In this document: positions 1-10,139 of the stretch, one piece after another
Layout of the letters: every line of letters starts with the position of its first letter
Numbering within the stretch: the stretch's first letter is position 1
Assembly (NCBI GenBank): GCA_003990765.1
Contig: RBNJ01000333.1
Span: forward strand, 1 to 32,813
DNA from: Jimgerdemannia flammicorona
Taxonomy: Eukaryota
Reading direction: 5' to 3'
Length of the DNA stretch: 32,813 nucleotides
Notes under the pieces: generated by a model
Database searches by the model: none
What the model was told of the DNA's origin: nothing
What the model saw: the letters and a program-made list of their open reading frames with translations, nothing else
Made by a program: the position numbers and the translations under genes

Positions 1-1400
1 TTTTTTTTGTTTAATGGACTCAATGTTCTGCAGATTTTTATTGGAAGGGAACCTAGACTATATATGCCAAAACCCTCCCCCACCACCCATCAAGCACTGC
101 CCCCCCATTAACCTAGGCTAGCTATTGTCCAGCAGCTCGACCATGCCAGGCACAGCAGGGCCAATGGCAGCCTGCACCTCATTCTGCACACCATGCTCTT
201 CCTACCACCAGGGGAAGCCCAACCATATGCCAACGACCAAAAGTGTATACTTGAGAACCCAACATATGTATAAGGCCATGCTTGAGCTGAATAGAATAGC
301 CCCTGCCATTCCAAAGAGAATGACAGGCAAAGAAAAACCCTCATCAAAGCACAACACAGTGGGTAGGGCCTGGTTCTCCCAGTTGAGGTGAGTAAAGGAC
401 TTATATATAAGGTGGGAGGAGATCCCCAATACCCCACTACTCAAGCCTGTGGGCCTCAATCACATTGCTGTATCAGCTCCCAGTTCCAGTTGAGTGCAGC
501 CAAGATGCCTGAAATAGATAGCCTCGGGCCCCCCACCCCCCCTGATGACTGGGGCTAATCTGCCAACCTGCCAAAAGAAGCTGAGAGTGTCATCTACCAC
601 TTAACCATGCTATATCAATTGAAAGGCCCCACTGAAGCAGCACCTGCCCTAGCCCCAATGACTGCCCCCAGCCTAGCACCCTACTGGTTCACCATTATCA
701 CCCTTCCTCCTATCTGTGATGGCCATCTCCCCTCCCATCCCAACATCACCCAAAAAGCAGTCACCTATGCCAGAACCACACTTGCTGGGAAGCTTACCAA
801 AGCCAGAGAGCCCCACCACAGGCACCAAGGACCTACAGGTAACCTACACTGAGCACTTGATGCCCAAGGTCAGCTGACTCCCTACATAGCCCGAGACACA
901 CCGAGACACTACCTTGTTGGTGACAGCAAAAGGAAGAAGGCACCACACCAAAACAGATGTACTCCAGATATAGCCGAAGGTACCAGAAACTGCAAAAAAG
1001 TGGAGAAGACACCAATCCAACACTGATAAAGGGGCAACTCATTACCATTGCCCTCCTCCCACTATGCCCATATAGGCACAGCAAACCAATCCAAGGTAAA
1101 GGGGGTAATAATAGGGGAAAGGGGACTTGAAAGGTTGCCTACTAAACCTTGTGACTGGTAAGGTAGTGGAGAAAGGAGCCTGCAACCTCTCTCATCATCC
1201 AGCCTCCTTTCTACACCCAGCTGGTCTCCTACTGCTATCCAAAAGTCCCCCAGTATACTATTATTCTCTATGAACAGTATAACTAACATTTTCTCATTGA
1301 ATATAAATGGTCTAAGGAACTCAGCAAGGTATTAGAATATTTTTTCTTAGCTAAAGTAACTGGATTTCTATTGCAGGATTTATGGTGAGAGGAGGATGTA
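1..1400 (+). mobile_element. Degenerate non-LTR retrotransposon (L1/Tx1-like) fragment: probable decayed ORF1 region plus the start of the ORF2 APE endonuclease
   Basis: ATG at 1270 reads MNSITNIFSLNINGLRNSARY*NIFS*LK*LDF, then LQD after a frameshift. This matches the LINE ORF2 APE N-terminal pattern (SLNINGL...IFxWLK...LQE). The stops are consistent with transitions from TGG/CAG/CAA. The region is strongly CpG-depleted. The ORF1 assignment upstream is positional only. Confidence 0.55.
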
Positions 1401-1461
1401 GATAGGTAAGAGTATACAAGAGAGTGTGGTCATGTAGCTATTTAAAGGAACAAGGTTGGAA

Positions 1462-2392
1462 TCTCACCATGACCAGAACCCCTCCAGATTCTGAGAATTC
1501 TCCATGACAAGAACCCTCCACTGAAGAAACCATCCACCTGACAAGAACCCTCCACTGAAGAAACCCTCCACCTGACAAGAACCCTCTACCTGACAAGAAC
1601 CCACCATCTGACCAGAACCCTCCACTCGCCAAGAATCCTCCACTCGGCAAGAACTCTCCACCCAACGAGAACCCTGACCCGAACCCTCCACAACGAAAAC
1701 CCTCCACGACGAGAACCCTCCACGACAAGAACCCTCAACGACAAGTACCCTCCACGACGAGAATCATCCACGATGAGAACTGTCCATCTGATGAGATCCC
1801 TTCATGACAAAATCCTCCACACAATGGGAGCTCTCCACCTGACGAGAGCCCTCTACCTGACAAGAATCCTCCATCTGACAAGAACCCTCCACTCACGAGA
1901 ACCCTCCACCTGACAAGAACCTTCCAACTGATGAGAACTCCACCTGACAAGAACCCTCCTCGACGAGAAAATTCTACCTGAGAAGAACCCTCCATGACCA
2001 AAACCCTCCGCCCAGTGAAAACCTTTCATCTGATGGGAATCCTCCACCAGAAATCCACCATCTGGCAAGCCCCCCACTCGCCAAGAACCCTCCACCTGAT
2101 GGGAATCCTTCACCTGACGAGATCCCTCGATGAGGTCCCTCCTCCCAATGAGATCCCTCCACTGGATGAGAACCCTCCACCTGATGTGAACCCACCTGAC
2201 GAGAACCCTCCCCCACCTGACAAGGACCCTCCAAGATAAGATCCCTCCACCCCATGAGAACCCTCCACAACGAGATCCCTCTACCCGACGAGAACCCTCC
2301 ACCCGACGAGGAACTCCCACCTGACAAGAACTCCCCATCTGGCAAGAACCCTCCATTCGCAGAGAACCCTCTACCCAACGAGAACCCCCACC
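1462..2392 (+). repeat. Degenerate minisatellite, ~21-bp unit (some 18 bp), consensus CCACCTGACRAGAACCCT(CCA)
   Basis: Dozens of recurrences of gacaagaaccctcc/gacgagaaccctcc. The 3' part reads as PPPDENP-like heptads in ORFs 1994..2239 and 2254..2520. Confidence 0.9.
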
Positions 2393-2564
2393 ACGGTCCC
2401 TTGCAGTCAAATGACGTCGATTATGTGTGCGCTGTAACGCTAAATATCCTACTCTCCCTGAGTACCTATATCACAATGGCCTCGCTCCGACCCCAACGGT
2501 CCTGGAACATTGCCTGTTGAACATCGGCGGCTAACGCGTTGATATTTGAAAGAGTACGGGACGA

Positions 2565-3461
2565 CTACAGATGTGGTGAAGGTTGCTGTTGCTGTTTCAG
2601 CGGTGATGGTTGATACATTGTTGTGATGACATGCGCAGGTGCAACTGTGCCAGATGGCGAGTAACACAGCAAATCAAAAATCTTATTGAAAGCTGTTTTC
2701 TTGCCTAAGGAAGACATTACCGTCGTCAACCTCGTACGACATTGAACCATGTATGCGACGAAGTCCTGAAAGACGAGGCTACGTTCCGGGCGACAGTGCC
2801 TTCCAATACCACGATTTTTCTATCTCCAGATCCAGCTCGCCTAATTCCTCCGATCCCTCACATTATATTGCATCTTACCAGTATAGACGGTGACACTCCG
2901 TTCCTTTCTGGGGTGTCCTTCAAATATTTCGTCATACGGAACATCTGCATTTTGATGTGGTTCTTATCTAGCGATCACTTGTCAGTGGCCTTGCCTTAGT
3001 CCCTTGCATCGAATCAATCAAGACCCATCTCCGGACAGCACCACGAACACATCCAGTAGGGGTTGAAAATAGAATTGCAGTTATGCCGCACAAAGGATGC
3101 GGGCATCTTCCGCAAGCATGTCATTAGCCCGGAGAGTGACTAGCTACCTGTTGAGCATGGTTTCGAAAGGCATGGAGATTGTGGGCATGATGAACACTTC
3201 GACGCCGTGCGCAAAATCCCAATTGGTCAACAGTTTGAGTTGCCCGATTCGGTATTGCGGATCTGGCATGGCGGACGATAACGGGCGCAATGGTCACATT
3301 CGTGCTGAGTCGAACAGTCGGAGGAGCAACAATCGCTCGGACCTCCCGGATTGTTTCTGAAGACGAGGATAACTCTAAACGCACGAAATTCCCGGGACAG
3401 GCAACCGGAGTAGCCGGCGGCCTTTTTCCTACAGGCGCGACACTTGTCGAACCTTGCGCAT
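2565..3461 (-). pseudogene. Possible decayed protein-coding gene of unknown family
   Basis: Protein-like minus-strand frames are broken by stops and frameshifts (MPDPQYRIGQLKLLTNWDFAHGVEVF...; WYWKALS/PERSLVFQDFVAYMVQCRTRL). A TATA-like TATAAAT lies on the minus strand near 3491-3497. Confidence 0.25.
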
Positions 3462-4299
3462 GTTTTCTAACACACCTATGACGAGCCCGTATTTATATTT
3501 GTCTGCACTTAACAGTTGGGTGGTCCTCTGTTTGCTCGATGGAGTCTGAGTAGGTCATTGACCTTTTACAGGGGATGGTGGAGATGAATCACATGTCGCA
3601 ATGTGTGTTTAAAATAGTTAAGTTGGTAAAGGGATAAAAGAGGTATGAAGTAAAGCGAAAAATTGAAAATTTAAATGTAAAAACATTGGTGTAGCCCTTG
3701 GTTGTCACGCATGAATCACATGAGACTATGGAGTACCAATTATTAGCTGCTCAGGGCATCGGCGAAATCAACTTACCCGGGTCTAGGCCTAATGCATGTG
3801 GTAACTCTTATATGAAAATATCTTTCCCCTTTATATTTTTAAAAAAATACAAATATAATATTAGTTAAAATAAAAAAAGAAATAAATTACCAAATATGAA
3901 GCAAATTAAAATAAATAAAATATTTATTGCTAACCCTGTCTCTTAGCAAAATCGGGGTTTCAGCGACGTCTATTCCCATGCATACAGCCATCCATCCAAG
4001 CGACCAGATTGTGATCCTCTGATTGGCCCGGCTCGCTACCATAAAGGATAAGTTGCCTGTGACATCACCACAAAACCATTTTGAATGTTCTGAAGTGTTC
4101 TAGGACTCGGTCCTGGTATTTGAGCCCTGGCGTTTTCGACCAAGAGTCCTGAGTACTTGCATTTAGTCCTAATTCCTGACTTTTACTCTGCAGTCCAGAC
4201 TTTATAGTCTGCAGCCCCCTGCATATACTGTGGAAAAATGTTCCGAAATATCTTCCTAAATAATTTTTATTATTTCAATGCACAATACACAATAATAAT

Positions 4300-4995
4300 G
4301 GCGAAATGCAGAATGATGCGACAAAAAGGCGCAGAAAGATACAATGAATAAGCGCAGAACAATACAATTAATAAGCGCAGATCGATACGATGAATAAGCG
4401 CAGCACGATAGGATGAATAAGCGCTGAACTATGTGAGGAAGTGCAGAATGATATGGCGACTAAGTGCGGAATGATACAAATAAGTGTCGAACAATACAAG
4501 AATGAGCGCAGATTGATACGATGAGCAAGGACAGAACGATAGACGAATAAGCGCAGAACGATATGAAGAATAAGCACAGAACGATATTACGAATAAGCGC
4601 AGGACTAAGCGCAGAACGATTTATACGTTGACAAGCAAAAACGATACGACCAATAAGCGCGAAATAATGACTTGAAGGGTAGGAGGATGGTAACGACAAC
4701 TAAGTGCAGAATGATGACGACTAACAACAGAACGTACCTCTCTCATTGACTAAGCGATGACGATGGCTAAGCACAAAACGATATGAGGAGTTAGCCCAGG
4801 ACGTTACGTCGAATTAGCGCAGAACGATGACGTCGACAACAAAGCGCAGAAGGGTAATAATGACTTCAATACGGAACGATAACGACGATCAAGCATAGAA
4901 CGAACCTGTCTCAACGACTAAGCGCAGAACGCCGACTAAGCGAAATAACAATGGCCAAGCACAGAACGAACATGTTTCGACTAAGCACGCTGAAA
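4300..4995 (+). repeat. Degenerate ~20-25 bp minisatellite, core TAAGCGCAGAACGAT
   Basis: Repeated (aa/ac)taagcgcagaacgat motifs with variable linkers. Confidence 0.8.
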
Positions 4996-4997
4996 GG

Positions 4998-5218
4998 GAG
5001 CAGATTTCGGAAGTCAGAAAGGGGGGCAGATGTCGAAGGTCGGAAAGGGGGGCAGATGTCGAAGGTCGGAAAGGGGGACAGATGTCGAAGGTCGGAAAGG
5101 TGGGGCAGATGTCGAAAGTCGGAAAGAGGGGCAGATGTCGAAGGTCGGAAAGTGGGGGCAGATGTCGAAGGTCGGAAAGGGGGGCAGATGTTGAAGTTGA
5201 AAAGGGGGTAGATGTTGT
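4998..5218 (+). repeat. ~21-bp tandem repeat GCAGATGTCGAAGGTCGGAAAG(G)n, ~10 copies
   Basis: Near-identical tandem copies with a variable G-run. Confidence 0.95.
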
Positions 5219-5324
5219 AGTTCACACTCCCCAAACACGAGGCGCCGGATGTGCGTCGGGAATATTATCCGAAAGACCTTATTAAGCCTGAATGACAATC
5301 GCACCCATCAGTTCATTTTGCGGG

Positions 5325-6038
5325 CGTCAAATAAAATAATAAGATTGGAATCAGGAGGTTGAGTAAGGAAAAAGTCGGTATAGTGCCACAAAACGCCTAT
5401 CCTAAAGTCGATCACGTTCTTTTCCAACCCAATAACAATCGCATTGCCCATCAAAACATCACTGACTGAGCCGTTCACTCACACCTCCTACCATACATGG
5501 ATGGTATCTGGAGGGACGACCTACCTCTGGGCTACGATTTACGGCTGGGCGGCGATTTACGGCTGGGCGGCGATTTATCGCTGAGAGAGGATATATCGAT
5601 GGGCATCGATTTCTGTGGACGGATAGCTGAGAGTTAATGGGGTGACAGCCTGCGTGGACAACTAATTACGTCTAACCTTTCTGAGGCTCGCTGCGAATGA
5701 CGAAGAGCATGAACAACAATTAACCTTGTTGGCTAATGACATTTGCGACAACAAATAGTCTCCGGGTGGAATTAGCGGCTGGTGGACAGTTATTCGCTTC
5801 GGGATTATTAAGGGCGACGCTGCAGTGCGTTGCGGTGGAGTGATGCACTAAATGAGTATAGCAAATGAACGTTGGAAGATGGTTAGATGCTGCGGGATGG
5901 CATGCCGTTGAGGTATGAAGTGCAACTGAGGACGGCGGTGGGCAAAATGAAGAGGAACGGCGGAATGGTGGAGTGTAGCATTCGGACAACGTTTGTTTTG
6001 AAAGTATCCACGGCCACGTGCTCTCCGCCACATTTCAT
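5325..6038 (-). repeat. Left arm of a long diverged inverted repeat (partner 7517-8468)
   Basis: The reverse complement matches the partner colinearly: tgaaatgtggcggaga.cacgtg, agcgtcgcccttaataatc, aaggttagacgtaat, cccagccgtaaatc, gactttaggataggcgt. Confidence 0.85.
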
Positions 6039-7516
6039 GCTAATTTGATGTCGGCATGTGCGTTTCGATGCAAAATCGTGAATCTTACGGTGACCACGAA
6101 ATCTTGAATTTTTTTGGAAGCAACTTTTAGTGGATAACGAAAATCGGAAACCGAAGTGATTGGCGTGGGGTTATCTGTAGAGAGTTCAACACGATACGCT
6201 ATGCTTTGTCAGCGTGCTGATGAAAACCAGAGTGTGCCATCTGAAGGTGCAACGTCGCCAAATGTGTGCAACCCAATGGGAAATAAAGAATTTTTTTTTT
6301 CTGCTGTTCAAGCTGGAGAGCATCGTTTAATTTTCCCACACGATTTCGAAATTATTTTTGCCCTCAAACTCAACTTGTCCTCGAAAAATATGATGCTGAA
6401 CATATGTTAGTATTCGACATAGTTCCATTTCCATGTTATTACCACGGGTCATAATTGAAAAAAATATATATATCTAGATTCAATAAACATTAAGGCAACT
6501 AGTTATGGTTTTCTGATAAGGCAGGCAAATATTTTGGAGAGGGATTTCGAATTTTGGACATGGCATATTTGGTGAAAATATACCTTACATACTCAATTTT
6601 GTGTGGCGCATTATAAAAGAGATGCTTACAGAACTATTAATATATATATCACATTTGGATGCTTTGAGGTATGGGTAATTTTCAATAGATTATTGGACGG
6701 AATTTGTAGGTAAAAATATATCAAAAATATATAAGGAGATAGTAATTACCTACCCAATTCACAGCCTCAATATCTTGAATAATATTTCCTGCTCATATCT
6801 GTCCAAAGGTGGTGAATTTGGTGGATTTCTTGCATTTGAAATTTTGAATATAATAATAACAAATAAATAATAAAAATATATCAAATAAATAAAGGTAATA
6901 AAATTAATCATATTACCTAATAGTAAATAAAACTATATTTATGAATGAAATTCAAACTGCTGATATCACTTATTGCATATAACATTTATACACTTATTCT
7001 CTATAGTTAGATTGGTTTCTTATAGAATATTTCCAATGTTATTAGTTAGATAACATATGATATATTCGAGAATGTGAATGTACTGGAATTTTCAAATAAT
7101 AACTATTCCAATGAGTTCCAGAAGTGCGGAACATCATGAGGTATTGTATAATTGAGCAAAGTTTGCAAAGTAGTTTGTGAAATACGTTAAAGGAGGAGGA
7201 AAACCGATTATATGGCAATTCTGAAGGAGGTAAAGGGGCATGGGAAGAGGGGCAATATTGTAAGGAATATATGTGCTGAAACAATCCATCGAATTGACTC
7301 GGGGACGCTATTTGGGAGATATCTGTATCATGACAGATTTTATCAAAACCTTTTAAAAATAGAAGCGCACAATGCTTGAAAACCTATTACAGACAGCCTT
7401 TAATGTTATTTAATAGGTACAAACTCATGAACAATAAAGGTAGTGTGGAAAAGATAATTAATCCGTTAATCTTTGTTTTATATATGCATCTGCTGCCGAT
7501 AGGACTTTTCGTATTT

Positions 7517-8468
7517 TGAAATGTGGCGGAGAACACGTGACCGTGTATTCTTGCAAGTCCGAACACTACACTCCGCCATTCCTCCGTCCATCTTCATTTC
7601 GCCCATCACCAGCCTCAGCTGCTCTCCATACCGCAACAACTTTCCTTCTCACAGCGGCTAACCTTTCCTCCAGTGGATATTCGCCGTACTCAAGGTGCAT
7701 TGCTGCGTCGTAATGCGTTGCCTACAATGGCTAGTTGTCACACTGCTACCACCCTGAAGCCAGCCGTCATAGCGTCGCCCTTAATAATCTCTTTGCGAAT
7801 AATCCTCTACAGGCCGCTAATTAATCCCCGGAGTACCGCCAACGGGGACCATCGTTGGCCAGCAGGTTATTGTCAGTAATCGGCAAAGCGTCACGCAGCT
7901 ACAAATCGGCAGCCAGCATGAAATAGTTGCTCGGTAGAAAGTCGCTACTCACTGGTAATTTGTCTCTCTTCGCCATTCCCAGCGAGTCCGGTGGAAAATC
8001 GTTTCTCACTGGTAATTTGTCTCTCTTCGCCATTCCCAGCGAGTTCAGTAGAAAGTCGTTGCTCACTGGTATTTTGTCTCTTTTCGCAATTCCCAGCGAG
8101 CCATAGCAAGGTTAGACGTAATGAGTCGCCCACGCGGGCTGGCTCCCCTATTTAACTCTCAGCGATCGGTCCACAATCGCATGTTATCGCTCGCCATCAA
8201 ATCAGCGCCATCAGTAAATCGTCGCTCCGCCGTAAATCGTTTCCCAGCCGTAAATCACAAATCATCGCGCCAGAAATGTAAGGAGCAGGATAGGGGGGGT
8301 GGGGGGGGGAGGGGGGAGGGTAGTGGTTCAGTCATTTATGTTTATAATAGGGAATGCGATTGTGATCGTGTCGGAAAAGAATGGGATTGACTTTAGGATA
8401 GGCGTGTTGTGGCGATTTGGCGACTTATTTCTCACTTAACCGTACCGATCTCAATTTATTATTTGATT
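7517..8468 (+). repeat. Right arm of a long diverged inverted repeat (partner 5325-6038)
   Basis: Same anchors in the same order as the reverse complement of 5325-6038. It is longer because of an internal tandem triplication and a G-rich run near 8293-8320. Confidence 0.85.
7930..8100 (+). repeat. Three tandem copies of a ~58-bp unit inside the right inverted arm
   Basis: gtagaaagtcg...ctcactggtaatttgtctctcttcgccattcccagcgag occurs three times; the left arm has only one similar segment. Confidence 0.9.
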
Positions 8469-9096
8469 TTTCGCTCGCAAAATAGAACTCGTGAGAGCGA
8501 CTTTGCGATATCGGGAAATACCAAAATCCATATGCAAAATATAGTGTGTTGTGCAATTCTCCAAATTTCCTCGGCAAAAAAAAAGAAACCGAAATTTTTT
8601 GTACACCATATATCTTGTGTTTATATTGCAAAGACCTCACTAGTCCAATTTAAATGATAACTTCAGTTCCGATTCTATGGTGCTGATAGATGCCTCTCAT
8701 ATGACAACGTGGCCAAATTGTGTAACTTGTGGAAACTAGCTTCATAAAATTCGATCAAAGCAAGCGCATTGATTCCGCGAACCATACCTTACTTTAAAAC
8801 CTATTTCAAGCTAATACTATAATTCACATAAGAGCGCTGCATAATTATATGACCTGGCCAATCGTACCCTCTGCGTAGTGCTATTTGTGAGCCTCGCACC
8901 ATCGCCCCTTCTATAGCAATAAATTGGACGCGCCAACCAAACACGAAGTCATCATCGTATGGAATCCTTGCGAGTTACACAATGACGTTCAGGATGTCAG
9001 CATAATTCCAGCACATGTTAGGTAAACCCGGTTCAAGGCCCATGTTGACGACTTGCTATCTTGGGTATGCATATGGGGTACGCTGACCTGGTTTGG

Positions 9097-9292
9097 CGTT
9101 GTTTGACAGGAGATGCGGAGGTCGGCCAGGATATGTGTTCAGGTCTTTAGTCAGAACCAACATGGCTGTTACTTGCAGTTGTTCGACGGGAGATTGCAGA
9201 GGTTGACTAGGATTTGTCTTCAGGTCTTTCTCTATTTCGTAGTTGTTTAAGGGGAGATTGCGCGGGTTGGCTAGGATCTGTGTTCAGGGCTT
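9097..9292 (-). repeat. Three diverged ~60-80 bp repeats, probably a former coding repeat (KDLxTxPSQPxQSPxxQL-like)
   Basis: gttgttt/cga..ggagat.gc.gaggt.g.c.aggat.tgt.ttcagg occurs three times, and the minus-strand translations are similar peptides. Confidence 0.7.
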
Positions 9293-10139
9293 CCTCCGTA
9301 TCTAATTTCTCGAAAGGAACCAGTTGAATATGGACGTGAGACACGAGTCGCACAAATGCCGCGCATTACCTCCGGAAGCCGTCGTCGCCCTTGCTACCTT
9401 GCGAGCATGGTTTTATAGTGACTCCGAGGTGTCGCGCAAAATGAATAACTGGACGATGCGCGCGCATTCCGAAATTGGCGGCTGTTTGGGTTTGGCTGAT
9501 CTGGTAAGGTGGGTGGGACGTGTTGAACAACGCGAAATTTTGAACAAGCGCGATGATCTCGTTCTTTTGCTGTCTAACGATCGTCATTGAGGCCTCCGCG
9601 ATGGTATCCGGTGACGTGCGAACAACCTCGAAAACACAGAACACTTTGAATTTGAACAGGCAATTGGAAACCTTCTTTCTGTAGGTGAGTCACTTGTCGA
9701 GTCTTTCGTACGCTTTGGCCACACACCTGCGCAATTGAACATTAAAGTTCTCCTGCGGCACCCTTCTCGCGTTTCAACGGCTTTTCGGTGTGTCGTGACT
9801 TGTGTGGGCGGGTCTTCGGAAAGGTATTTTCGTTTATGCTGGCGTTGGCATTGGTGTTGACACCATCGTTGACTTTGGCGTTGGCGTTGTGGCCTGGAGC
9901 ACGAGGGACGGTTTCCAATTCGAGTCGAATACGAACATGGACCTCGCCATCGCCTCGAAGTCGAGGTTGTATTAGATGGCGATGCGGACGTGGGTGGAGC
10001 AGCGGCAGCTACTTGGCTTTCCGATGACGTGCCGTTGCCTGATCGTACGATCGACCTTGGGTTTGGAATATGTGGAATGCATATGGATAGAAGCGTGGAA
10101 CGCATCGAGGTGGCAGTTAAGGATTCTGTTGTGTTAGCA

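Noticed and set aside
160..230. Cys/His cluster CTSFCTPCSSYH as an ORF1 zinc knuckle
   Set aside because: Spacing does not fit CX2CX4HX4C, and CpG decay of Arg codons itself creates Cys and His codons.
1438..2410. Gly-rich minus-strand ORFs
   Set aside because: Antisense reading of the C-rich 21-bp minisatellite.
2735..2840. WKALS/PERSLVF resembling HMG-box helix 3
   Set aside because: It needs a frameshift and the N-terminal HMG motif (RPxNxF) was not found; too weak to name.
6006..6016. atccacggcca, like the 5' end of some fungal 5S rRNAs
   Set aside because: The match stops after 11 nt, no internal box A/C follows, and it lies within the inverted-repeat arm.
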